Shown here one piece after another: positions 1-8,124 of a DNA stretch of 32,000 nucleotides. Both the position numbers and the translations under genes were made by a program. Origin of the DNA: Clostridiaceae bacterium Marseille-Q4145. Its GTDB lineage: Bacteria; Bacillota; Clostridia; Lachnospirales; Lachnospiraceae. Within the stretch, counting starts at the first letter, position 1; each line of letters begins with the position of its first letter. Under the pieces are notes generated by a model that was not told where the DNA came from, made no database searches, and was given only the letters and a program-made list of their open reading frames with translations. The stretch lies in contig JAGTTP010000001.1 in assembly GCA_018223365.1 (NCBI GenBank), forward strand, positions 1,341,654 through 1,373,653, written 5' to 3'.

Positions 1-1
1 A

Positions 2-2584
2 GATATTGACCGGCGTGAGCTGCTGTGCCGCCTTTACAATGAAACCTTTAATGCGGTTCGTCCCCGTGAGTATGATGGCAGCCACATCCGTTTTTCCGGC
101 ATGAATCCAGAAATCACCCTGCGGCCGCACCAGGTCAACGCCATTGCTCATATCATGTACGGCGGAAATACACTGCTGGCACACGAAGTGGGTGCGGGCA
201 AGACCTTTGAAATGGTAGCCGCTGCAATGGAGATGAAGCGGCTGGGGCTTTGCACCAAGTCGCTGATCGTAGTGCCGAATCATATCACGGAACAGTGGGC
301 GGCGGAATGGCTTCAGCTCTACCCTTCCGCGAATATCCTTGTGGCGACCAAGAAAGATTTTGAAACCAGGAACCGCAAAAAGTTTTGTGCCAGGATTGCA
401 ACCGGAGATTATGATGCGGTCATCATCGGCCACAGCCAGTTTGAGAAAATTCCTGTATCAGCAGAACGTCAGGCCGCTATTTTGCAGCAGCAGATCGACG
501 AGATCATGTTTGGCATCGAAGAAGCCAAGGCTGCCAAAGCAGAGAGATATACTATCAAGCAGTTGGAGCGCACCCGAAAATCTCTGGAAACAAGGCTGGA
601 ACGGCTCAATGACCAGAGTCGCAAGGATGACCTTGTGACCTTTGAAGAACTGGGTGTTGACCGCGTTTTTGTTGACGAGAGTCATTATTTTAAGAACCTT
701 TTCCTGGCAACAAAGATGCGGAATGTAGGCGGCATCGCGCAGACAGAAGCACAGAAATCTTCTGACTTGTTCATGAAGTGCAGATACCTGGATGAGATCA
801 CCGGAGGACGCGGCGTGATTTTTGCGACAGGTACACCGATCAGCAACAGTATGGTGGAGCTTTATACTATTCAGCGGTATCTCCAATACAGTACCCTGCA
901 GGAGATGGGGCTGGTTCACTTTGACGATTGGGCCAGCGACTTTGGCGAAACCATTACCGCCATCGAGCTGTCCCCGGAGGGCAGCGGTTATCGAGCAAAA
1001 ACCAGATTTGCCAAGTTCTTTAACCTGCCGGAGTTGATGTCCACTTTCAAGCAAATCGCAGACATTCAAACAGCGGATATGTTGAAACTTCCAGTGCCGA
1101 AGGTTAACTTTCATACAGAGGTCATTCAGCCATCCGAGCTTCAGCAGGAAATGGTGCGAGGGCTTGCAAAACGGGCCGAACTCATTCGCGGTGGAGGTGT
1201 TGATCCAAAAACGGATAATATGCTCCGTATCACCAATGACGGCAGAAAGCTGGCGCTGGATATGCGGCTCATCAATCCGCTTGCTGCCGATGATCCAAAC
1301 GGCAAAGTTGCTACCTGCGCCCGTAATGTCATTCACATTTGGGAACAGACACGGGAACAGCGCAGTGCGCAGCTTGTGTTCTGTGACCTCAGCACACCAA
1401 AGGATGATGGAACATTCAGTGTTTATAATGACCTGAAAAAGAAATTTATGGAGGCTGGAATCCCGGAGGAGGAAATTGCTTTTATTCATGACGCCAATAC
1501 CGAGGCACGAAAGAAGGAACTGTTTTCAAAGGTCCGTTCCGGTCAGGTGCGTATCCTGATGGGCAGCACCCAAAAGATGGGCGCTGGCACCAACGTTCAG
1601 GACCGGCTGATTGCCCTTCATGATTTAGATTGTCCGTGGCGTCCGTCTGATCTGGCACAGCGCCTTGGACGAATCGTCCGTCAGGGCAACCAGAACCCAG
1701 AGGTTGAGATCTTCCGATATGTAACTGAGAGCACCTTCGACGCGTACTTGTATCAATTAGTGGAAAACAAGCAAAAATTCATCGCCCAGATTATGACCAG
1801 TAAAGCCCCGGTCCGTGTGGCAGATGACGTGGATGAAACCGCGCTCAGTTACTCCGAAATTAAAGCGCTGGCCACCGGCAATCCTCTGATTATCGAAAAG
1901 TGCAATCTTGATATGGAAGTCGGCAAGCTGAATATGCTGAGAGCAAGTTATCTGAGCCAGAAATATGGGCTGGAGGATATGGTTCTGAAAAAATACCCGG
2001 AGGCGATCACACGCCTGACAGAACGTATTGCAGGCTATGAACAGGATGTGCAGCTTGCTGCAGCGCATCCGAAACCGAAAGACGGATTTGCGGGTATTAC
2101 GATTTTGGAGAAGCCTTATGCCGACAAGGAGGCGGCTGGTAAGGCAATCCTCGATGTATGTACCAAAATGACAGGCTCCGATGCTGTTTTCTTAGGACAG
2201 TACCGGGGCTTTTCTCTTGTCCTCTCCTATGATGGACCAAGCAATGAGTATCGCATGACCATGAAAGGAACACTTTCCCACACGGCGGTTTTGGGCGCAG
2301 ATGTGTTCGGAAACCTGACCCGCATGGATAATGTGGTGGACGGACTTTCTGGAAAACTGGATATAGTCCGTGCCGAGCTGACAGATACGCAGGTACAGCT
2401 TGAAAATGCCAGGACAGAGCTGGCAACACCTTTTGCCAAAGAAGCAGAACTTGCGGAAAAGACGGCCCGGCTCAAGGAATTGAACATTCTGCTGAACATG
2501 GACGAGAAGGACAAATCTCTGATTGATGACGTGCCGGACGATGATGCGCCGGAACATCATCGTTCAAGAGGAATGGAGCGATAA
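2..2584 (+). CDS. SNF2/DEAD-like helicase, C-terminal part of a large ICE-associated helicase (possibly methylase-helicase fusion); 5' end lies outside the window
   Basis: The frame of the listed ORF (101..2584) stays open back to position 2 (DIDRRELLCRLYNETFNAVRPREYDGSHIRFSG precedes the first Met), so the gene is truncated by the window. Helicase motifs are seen: AHEVGAGKTF (motif I), VFVDESHYFKN (DExH), FATGTPISNS (III), QRLGRIVRQGN (VI). Confidence 0.85.
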   Translation, partial: DIDRRELLCRLYNETFNAVRPREYDGSHIRFSGMNPEITLRPHQVNAIAHIMYGGNTLLAHEVGAGKTFEMVAAAMEMKRLGLCTKSLIVVPNHITEQWAAEWLQLYPSANILVATKKDFETRNRKKFCARIATGDYDAVIIGHSQFEKIPVSAERQAAILQQQIDEIMFGIEEAKAAKAERYTIKQLERTRKSLETRLERLNDQSRKDDLVTFEELGVDRVFVDESHYFKNLFLATKMRNVGGIAQTEAQKSSDLFMKCRYLDEITGGRGVIFATGTPISNSMVELYTIQRYLQYSTLQEMGLVHFDDWASDFGETITAIELSPEGSGYRAKTRFAKFFNLPELMSTFKQIADIQTADMLKLPVPKVNFHTEVIQPSELQQEMVRGLAKRAELIRGGGVDPKTDNMLRITNDGRKLALDMRLINPLAADDPNGKVATCARNVIHIWEQTREQRSAQLVFCDLSTPKDDGTFSVYNDLKKKFMEAGIPEEEIAFIHDANTEARKKELFSKVRSGQVRILMGSTQKMGAGTNVQDRLIALHDLDCPWRPSDLAQRLGRIVRQGNQNPEVEIFRYVTESTFDAYLYQLVENKQKFIAQIMTSKAPVRVADDVDETALSYSEIKALATGNPLIIEKCNLDMEVGKLNMLRASYLSQKYGLEDMVLKKYPEAITRLTERIAGYEQDVQLAAAHPKPKDGFAGITILEKPYADKEAAGKAILDVCTKMTGSDAVFLGQYRGFSLVLSYDGPSNEYRMTMKGTLSHTAVLGADVFGNLTRMDNVVDGLSGKLDIVRAELTDTQVQLENARTELATPFAKEAELAEKTARLKELNILLNMDEKDKSLIDDVPDDDAPEHHRSRGMER

Positions 2585-2589
2585 GACAA

Positions 2590-2629
2590 CCGGGCAGGAG
2601 CAGGTCTGTTCTGGCTTGTTCCTGCCCGG
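2590..2629 (+). terminator. Hairpin just after the helicase stop (terminator-like, no clear T-run)
   Basis: CCGGGCAGGA (2590-2599) pairs with TCCTGCCCGG (2620-2629), and the stem can extend inward with G-U pairs. It is followed by acatacgg, so it is not a canonical intrinsic terminator. Confidence 0.3.
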
Positions 2630-2765
2630 ACATACGGAAAGAATAACTTCAAAAGGCATTGAGCATACTAGGAGGATAAGATCAGTTATCAGACGGCATG
2701 GGAATTGCACATTTGATATTCCCCTGCCCTGTGCGTATATTGAGAGAAAAACAGGAGTGAGTATT

Positions 2766-3089
2766 ATGAGTGATACCTATTTCGATTTGCCCTCCCGCAT
2801 AGAGGATTCTTTCCCGGAGATCGACAGTGATATTGTAACTGACTTACGCGAAAGTAACGAGGATTATGCAGAAATTCATCAGCAAATTTCAGAGCTGAAA
2901 AGGCAGTTCCCGTGTATCGCGCAGGTAATGGATTGCCAAGATGAGCTTCATTTGACCGCAGAGGAACACGCTGCGTTTTCAAAATATCTGCGCCTATCGC
3001 GGAAGCTGGAGGATATGGAGCGTCTGCAGCTCTACTTCCGGGGCCATACAGATGCGGTGGCCTATCTCAAGAAAATCAAAGCGATTTGA
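2766..3089 (+). CDS. Hypothetical acidic protein (107 aa)
   Basis: ATG at 2766 is preceded by aggagtga. The listed ORF 2523..3089 probably over-extends upstream. No recognisable motif. Confidence 0.5.
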   Translation: MSDTYFDLPSRIEDSFPEIDSDIVTDLRESNEDYAEIHQQISELKRQFPCIAQVMDCQDELHLTAEEHAAFSKYLRLSRKLEDMERLQLYFRGHTDAVAYLKKIKAI

Positions 3090-3093
3090 CACC

Positions 3094-3119
3094 AGCGGTT
3101 CGGAACAATCCGGGCCGCT
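3094..3119 (+). terminator. Weak terminator-like hairpin
   Basis: AGCGGUUCGG / CCGGGCCGCU stem (two G-U pairs), loop aacaat, followed only by tt. Confidence 0.3.
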
Positions 3120-3325
3120 TTCAATGGACAGGGCGTCAAAACAAGGTGAAATACGATACAAAAAATATAACAAGGTCGAATAGTGATAATATCAATATTA
3201 CTGGTAGATAGCTGGCTGTAGAAACTCTACTAACATAACCGATGAGCCAAAGGGTGTTATCTCCTCCAATACACTGTATGAGTATACTCAATTAGGAAAT
3301 ACTAAAAATATATTGAGCTACTCAG

Positions 3326-3354
3326 TTGCAAAAATGTCCCGAATAATATATAAT
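3326..3354 (+). promoter_or_regulatory. Sigma-70-type promoter of the abiE operon
   Basis: TTGCAA (3326-3331), a 17-nt spacer, then TATAAT (3349-3354), about 27 nt upstream of the abiEi start. Confidence 0.6.
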
Positions 3355-3363
3355 ATTCGGGAC
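3336..3363. promoter_or_regulatory. Perfect 10-bp inverted repeat overlapping the -10 box (candidate AbiEi operator)
   Basis: GTCCCGAATA atatataa TATTCGGGAC. The TATAAT box lies between and within the arms. Confidence 0.55.
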
Positions 3364-3380
3364 AAAAGGAGGTGAACATA

Positions 3381-3995
3381 GTGGCAAACGGATTCTCAAA
3401 ACAAATACAAGAGAGAATTGGAAACGCAGTCGATGGCACAATTTTTGTGAACTCTGATTTTGCGGATATTGCTGATCAGGAAACGGTCAGACGAACTCTG
3501 AACAGATTAACACAGGCTGGTATGCTCCGCAGAATACTAAAAGGTGTCTACGAAAAGCCGAAGTACAGCAAGTTGCTTGATGAATATGTAGTGGCCGACC
3601 CGGACGCTGTCGCAAAGGCATTGGCGCGAAGTTACCACTGGACCATTGCTCCATGCGGAAATACGGCCCTGAACCTGCTGGGCCTCTCTACACAGGTAAC
3701 AGCGGTCTGGTCCTATATCAGCGACGGCCCGTATAAGACCTATGAGTGGAATTCCACCAGGCTGGAATTTAAGCATAGAACCAACAAAGAAATCACCGGC
3801 CTGTCTTACATGACGAGTTTGGTGATTCAGGCGTTGAAAACTCTGGGAAGAACCAATGTGACGCCGGAGATTATACAGACGCTTTCTGAAAAGCTTTCCG
3901 AGGATGAAAAGCAAGCCTGTCTGAAAGAGGCAACGGAATCCACGGATTGGGTTTATGATACGATACGAAAAATGTGCGGAGGTGACACACAATGA
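3381..3995 (+). CDS. abiEi: AbiEi-family type IV toxin-antitoxin antitoxin / transcriptional regulator (winged HTH)
   Basis: N-terminal wHTH-like ETVRRTLNRLTQAGMLRRILKGVYEKP. It sits directly upstream of an AbiEii gene, overlapping it in ATGA. The listed GTG at 3372 lies inside the RBS aaggagg (3366-3372), so GTG at 3381 is the better-spaced start. Confidence 0.75.
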   Translation: MANGFSKQIQERIGNAVDGTIFVNSDFADIADQETVRRTLNRLTQAGMLRRILKGVYEKPKYSKLLDEYVVADPDAVAKALARSYHWTIAPCGNTALNLLGLSTQVTAVWSYISDGPYKTYEWNSTRLEFKHRTNKEITGLSYMTSLVIQALKTLGRTNVTPEIIQTLSEKLSEDEKQACLKEATESTDWVYDTIRKMCGGDTQ

Positions 3996-4996
3996 GAAAT
4001 GTAGCACGATTGCCGGAAAGTGACCGGCGCGAACTGTTCCGAAATACAGCAGATAAGATGGGCTTGAATGATGCCATCGTGGAGAAAGATTTTTGGGTAT
4101 GCTTTACTTTAGATTATCTGTTCCACCGCTGCCACTGGAAGAACGCTATTACCTTCAAAGGCGGCACCAGTCTTTCTAAGGCATTCAATTTGATCAGTCG
4201 TTTTTCCGAAGATATTGACCTGATTCTGGATTGGCGGGTACTGGGATATAGTAAGGATGAACCATGGGAAAAGCGCTCTAATACGAAGCAGGATGCGTTC
4301 AACAAAGAGGCCAATGCGCGGGCGGAAGTTTTCCTTGCGGAGCAGTTTTGTCCCACCATTCAGGTAGAACTTTCTCAAGAGCTTGGCTGTGAGGCAAACA
4401 TTTACATAGACGAGAAGGACAAGCAGACCGTTATCTTTGCCTATCCGCACCTGTTTACGAATTCCGCTACCTTACAGGTCATTCGTTTAGAAATTGGTGC
4501 ATTGGCTGCTTGGACGCCTGCAAAAATCGCTCAGATCGAGCCCTATGCAGCAACCTATTACCCAAAAGTATTCGCGCAAAAGGACACAGCGATTTTGACT
4601 GTTGCGCCGGAGCGGACTTTCTGGGAAAAGGCAACGATCCTGCACCATGAAGCCAATAGACCTGAAAGTTCCGAAATGCCTCAGCGTTATTCACGGCACT
4701 ACTATGACCTGTACCGCATGTCTATGACGCCTGTGAAGGAGGCAGCCTTTGCACAAGTGGAATTACTGAAAACAGTAGTAGACTTCAAAATGAAGTTCTA
4801 TCCAAGAGCCTGGGCAAAGTACCAAGAAGCAACTCCAGGAACCCTGAAGTTAGTTCCACCGGAATATCGCTTAGATGCTCTTGCGGAAGACTATGCGAAT
4901 ATGCGCGATATGCTCTATGGTAATATTCCTTCTTTTGAGGAAGTCATGAAGGTGATACAGAATTTAGAGAAGGAAATTAACTCAATAAAGAAGTAG
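3992..4996 (+). CDS. abiEii: AbiEii/AbiGii-family nucleotidyltransferase toxin
   Basis: Pol-beta-type NTase motif FKGGTSLSKAFNLISRFSEDIDL. Length is about 330 aa. The ATGA start/stop overlap with abiEi is typical of TA operons. Confidence 0.8.
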   Translation: MRNVARLPESDRRELFRNTADKMGLNDAIVEKDFWVCFTLDYLFHRCHWKNAITFKGGTSLSKAFNLISRFSEDIDLILDWRVLGYSKDEPWEKRSNTKQDAFNKEANARAEVFLAEQFCPTIQVELSQELGCEANIYIDEKDKQTVIFAYPHLFTNSATLQVIRLEIGALAAWTPAKIAQIEPYAATYYPKVFAQKDTAILTVAPERTFWEKATILHHEANRPESSEMPQRYSRHYYDLYRMSMTPVKEAAFAQVELLKTVVDFKMKFYPRAWAKYQEATPGTLKLVPPEYRLDALAEDYANMRDMLYGNIPSFEEVMKVIQNLEKEINSIKK

Positions 4997-5033
4997 GTAA
5001 AAAGAGCAATATGAGAAATGAGGTGAATTACCT

Positions 5034-6014
5034 TTGAATGTAGGGAGCGAGTGTGTGTTCGAGAGCATTGTTGCAAAAATTTTTGAAGCTGCTGGATATT
5101 CAGTAAACCAGAGTGTTAAATTGCAGCACCGGTCAGGAGATATAGATATTGTTGCTGAGAAGGATAATAAGCGTTATTGTGTTGAGGTAAAGTATTTACA
5201 GTTATACGAAAGAGCCGTGGAGCGAATCTATTTGACTGGAAAAACATTCGGGATGACGCCTGCAGTTGTGGTGGGAAGCAAAATTGATGAGAGAAAACGT
5301 AGTTATTATCTTGAAAAATATCCGGACTTGATTTTGATAGATATAACGAATTTGTTGTTTGCAGTGCAGCACCATACCGAACTACGTAATGAGTTAATTT
5401 CTGGATTACCGTATTCGATTGAAGAAATAGAGCCACAAGAAGGATTCTTGCAGATTGACAGCTTACAACATAATGATTATACGCATTCATTGATTGAGGA
5501 GATGAATTTATGTAAGGCGGGCAAGCCACTTGCTCGTACTTATGAAGTTCTCTGTCATAAGCTTTTAGAAAATGCTTTTTCGGAAGATTTAGCATTGTGG
5601 AAAGAGCAGCAAAAATCAAACAATGATCTATATAGATTTGATCTTTTATGCCGCATCAAAGATGAAAATCAAAAAACCTTTTGGTCCATTTTAGAAAGGT
5701 ATTTTAAGTCCAAATATGTTATTTTTGAGTTTAAGAATTATAGCAAGCCGATAACTCAAAAAGAAATATATACTACTGAGAAGTATTTATACGCAAAGGC
5801 ATTGCGCAGTGTAGGAATAATCATTGCCGCACATGGATATGATGAGCACGCCTACTGGGCGGCAAAGGGATGCCTGAGAGAGAACGGAAAACTCATTATT
5901 CTTTTAGACACAGATGATTTAATTGCAATGAATAAGCTAAAGGCAGACATGGAAGATCCTTCAATTTACTTACTAGACAAATTAGATAACATGCTTTCAG
6001 AATTGGAAAAATAA
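5034..6014 (+). CDS. Restriction-endonuclease-like protein with two PD-(D/E)xK-type motifs (Mrr-cat-like N-terminus)
   Basis: N-terminal FESIVAKIFEAAGYSV..GDIDIVAEKDNKRYCVEVKY (D..ExK). The C-terminal half has YEVLCHKLLENAF..RFDLLCRIKD..KYVIFEFKNY (a second D..ExK). The start is uncertain: TTG 5034 (after gaggtga) or GTG 5055 (after agggag). It lies 37 nt after abiEii with no intervening hairpin. Confidence 0.6.
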   Translation: MNVGSECVFESIVAKIFEAAGYSVNQSVKLQHRSGDIDIVAEKDNKRYCVEVKYLQLYERAVERIYLTGKTFGMTPAVVVGSKIDERKRSYYLEKYPDLILIDITNLLFAVQHHTELRNELISGLPYSIEEIEPQEGFLQIDSLQHNDYTHSLIEEMNLCKAGKPLARTYEVLCHKLLENAFSEDLALWKEQQKSNNDLYRFDLLCRIKDENQKTFWSILERYFKSKYVIFEFKNYSKPITQKEIYTTEKYLYAKALRSVGIIIAAHGYDEHAYWAAKGCLRENGKLIILLDTDDLIAMNKLKADMEDPSIYLLDKLDNMLSELEK

Positions 6015-6061
6015 CTGAAAAGTGATAAGGTCAAAGCAAGAGAATAGATGATACCTTATGT

Positions 6062-6099
6062 AGCCGGATAAATCCATTAAAGGAGTTATCCGGCTTTTT
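6062..6099 (+). terminator. Rho-independent terminator closing the AbiE-nuclease block
   Basis: AGCCGGATAA (6062-6071) pairs with TTATCCGGCT (6086-6095) and is followed by TTTTT. Confidence 0.7.
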
Positions 6100-6130
6100 C
6101 TATGTCAAAATCAAAATGGAGGTACACAGT

Positions 6131-6466
6131 ATGAACAATGAAGAACTGAACACAGCTCTATATGAGAAGATGTTTGCCGAACAGGAAACCTATCGGGCAT
6201 GGTTGCTATCTCAGACACCGGAAGAGATTTTGAACCACACCTATGAATACACGGTGCGGGAAGATATTCTGATGTCGCTGGAGTACCATGACTTGTCGGA
6301 TGGTCAGGCACGGGCATTGCTGAAGTCCCACAGCCCGCTTGCAGATGTATTTGCCGATTGGGAAAACAAAGAAACGGATTACATGGACAGCATTTGGCAG
6401 ACCGTTGAGGAACGGGCAAAGACGGAAGAACAGAAACATAGAAAGAAAGAGCAGCAAGAGCGATAA
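6131..6466 (+). CDS. Small conserved ICE protein (resembles DUF3848-type proteins)
   Basis: ATG 6131 follows ggagg. The sequence MNNEELNTALYEKMFAEQETYRAWLLSQTPEEILNHTYEYTVREDIL is of a kind I recall upstream of ICE primase genes. The family name is from memory only. Confidence 0.5.
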   Translation: MNNEELNTALYEKMFAEQETYRAWLLSQTPEEILNHTYEYTVREDILMSLEYHDLSDGQARALLKSHSPLADVFADWENKETDYMDSIWQTVEERAKTEEQKHRKKEQQER

Positions 6467-6472
6467 GACACG

Positions 6473-6502
6473 GGCCGGTTGGAGTATCCAATCGGTCTTT
6501 TT
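6473..6502 (+). terminator. Rho-independent terminator
   Basis: An approximately 11-bp stem (ggccggttgga / tccaatcggtc, with G-U pairs), loop gta, then TTTTT (6498-6502). Confidence 0.6.
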
Positions 6503-6557
6503 ACATAGCCGGACTGTGTTATGCAGTTAATTCTCAGCTATGGAAAGGAGGATTTTT

Positions 6558-7520
6558 ATGCCATATATTCCGCCAGAGGTAGTGGCAAAAGCAAAGGAAA
6601 TGGATTTGCTGACCTACCTTAAAAACTACGAACCGAGTGAATTGGTGCATTTCGGAGGAAGCACTTATTGTACCAGGACCCATGACAGTTTGAAAATCTC
6701 CAACGGCAAATGGTGTTGGTTTTCCCGTGGTATTGGCGGCAAAACGGCTTTGGACTATCTGATCAAAGTCCGTGAGATACCGTTCATGGAGGCTGTCGAA
6801 ATGATTGTGGGACAAGCAGCAGTTCAGCCGCCGGTTTATACTCCAGCTCCGAAACGAGATGTGCCTAAAATGTTGCTGCTTCCACCGGCAAGCCGTAGCA
6901 CCTCTCTTGTGGAGAAGTATCTTTCCGGGAGAGGGATTGACCACGAGCTGATTCGTTTTTGTCTGGATACCGGTAGGCTCTATGAGAGCAGCGGCAGATA
7001 CCACAATGTAGTCTTTGTCGGCCATGACCGATATGGAGAAGCCCGCTATGCTAATCTTCGGGGGATTTCCTCTGATTTCAAAGGAGAGTGCAACGGCAGT
7101 GATAAGCGCTTTGCATTTAATATTCCTGCGAAAAACAGTGAGGTTCTTCACCTGTTTGAAAGCGCCATTGATTTGCTTTCTTTTGCTACCATGCAGAAAT
7201 TGAATGGTGAGAACTGGCAGAGGGAACATCTGTTATCGCTGGCAGGCGTCTATCAGCCCAGAGAGAAAATCGAGGAAAGCGCAGTACCACTGGCACTGAC
7301 ACAATACCTGAAAGATCACCCGGAGGTCAAGACGATTCTGCTGCGGCTGGATAATGACTATGCCGGACGCATGGCGGCCAAGGCGTTAATGGCTGTTCTG
7401 ACCAAGGATTACACTGTCGCAGTAAGGCTTCCGCCCAGGTGCAAAGATTACAATGACTACCTGTGTTCCGGTCTGGGTATTTCAGCCGCGAAACCGAAAA
7501 CACGAAATGAAGAACGATGA
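6558..7520 (+). CDS. Toprim-domain DNA primase-like protein (DUF3991/toprim type)
   Basis: ATG 6558 follows ggaaaggagg. Toprim signatures are LHLFESAIDLLS (Glu) and LLRLDNDYAGR (DxD). The N-terminal half resembles ICE primase-associated domains. Confidence 0.75.
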   Translation: MPYIPPEVVAKAKEMDLLTYLKNYEPSELVHFGGSTYCTRTHDSLKISNGKWCWFSRGIGGKTALDYLIKVREIPFMEAVEMIVGQAAVQPPVYTPAPKRDVPKMLLLPPASRSTSLVEKYLSGRGIDHELIRFCLDTGRLYESSGRYHNVVFVGHDRYGEARYANLRGISSDFKGECNGSDKRFAFNIPAKNSEVLHLFESAIDLLSFATMQKLNGENWQREHLLSLAGVYQPREKIEESAVPLALTQYLKDHPEVKTILLRLDNDYAGRMAAKALMAVLTKDYTVAVRLPPRCKDYNDYLCSGLGISAAKPKTRNEER

Positions 7521-7536
7521 TATGGAGGATAGCAAC

Positions 7537-7857
7537 ATGAAAGAATTTGAAATCACGCTGAATGCCGTTTCCAGAAAGAACTTTCGAGTGAGTGCTGATT
7601 CTCAGGAAGACGCTTTGCTGCTGGCGGAAGCCATTCTGGAGAACACCGATTTGCTGGACTTTTCAAATCAGGATGTAGACAGCATGAATATGAGCTGTGA
7701 GGAACAGTGCGGCGGCGTTTGCGAAATCTGCAGTCGAGCCTGTGAGCAGTGCGGTGATTGTATGGATTTGGAATCGACTTGCCTTTATCCTGACAAGGAT
7801 TGTGACTACCGTTGCTCTGATTGCGGTGGGTGTATGGCAGGACATGAGGACGATTGA
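7537..7857 (+). CDS. Small protein with an extremely Cys-rich acidic C-terminal tail
   Basis: ATG 7537 lies 7 nt after GGAGGA (7524-7529). The tail reads CEEQCGGVCEICSRACEQCGDCMDLESTCLYPDKDCDYRCSDCGGCM (12 Cys). The N-terminal approximately 50 aa may be DpnD/PcfM-like; this is from memory and low certainty. Confidence 0.6.
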   Translation: MKEFEITLNAVSRKNFRVSADSQEDALLLAEAILENTDLLDFSNQDVDSMNMSCEEQCGGVCEICSRACEQCGDCMDLESTCLYPDKDCDYRCSDCGGCMAGHEDD

Positions 7858-8007
7858 TATTGTTTTTCGGCTGGTATCAAAGAATGTTCGCCCCGCAGGG
7901 AGAACGAATCTGCACTATACCAGCAAGCATCGCCTTTGTGATACCACACAGGCCGCTTGTCAGGGGAAGCCCCCTGAAACCCCTCACAGGAAAGGAGTGA
8001 CTTTAAT

Positions 8008-8124
8008 TTGAACGGTACATTGATTTTTGTGATTGGTTTTATTTGCAGTTTGCTTTCGGGTGTTATTTCCATTTGTGTGCTGCAGATCAACCGCATGACC
8101 GGAAAGGAGGACCAGAACAAATGA
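8008..8124 (+). CDS. Unlisted 38-aa single-pass membrane peptide, translationally coupled to mobC
   Basis: TTG 8008 lies 7 nt after aggagtga. It translates to MNGTLIFVIGFICSLLSGVISICVLQINRMTGKEDQNK. Its TGA (8122-8124) overlaps the mobC ATG (8121-8123) as ATGA. It is below the ORF-track size cut-off. Confidence 0.4.
   Translation: MNGTLIFVIGFICSLLSGVISICVLQINRMTGKEDQNK

Noticed and set aside
458-1489. 343-aa minus-strand ORF
   Set aside because: It lies entirely antisense within the helicase gene, which has clear SNF2 motifs. It has no RBS or recognisable motifs.
2523-2765. Upstream extension of the ORF 2523..3089
   Set aside because: It would overlap the helicase 3' end and run through the 2590-2629 hairpin. 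The internal ATG 2766 has a proper RBS.
6534-7229. 231-aa minus-strand ORF
   Set aside because: It is antisense to the toprim/primase-like gene, which has catalytic motifs and a strong RBS.
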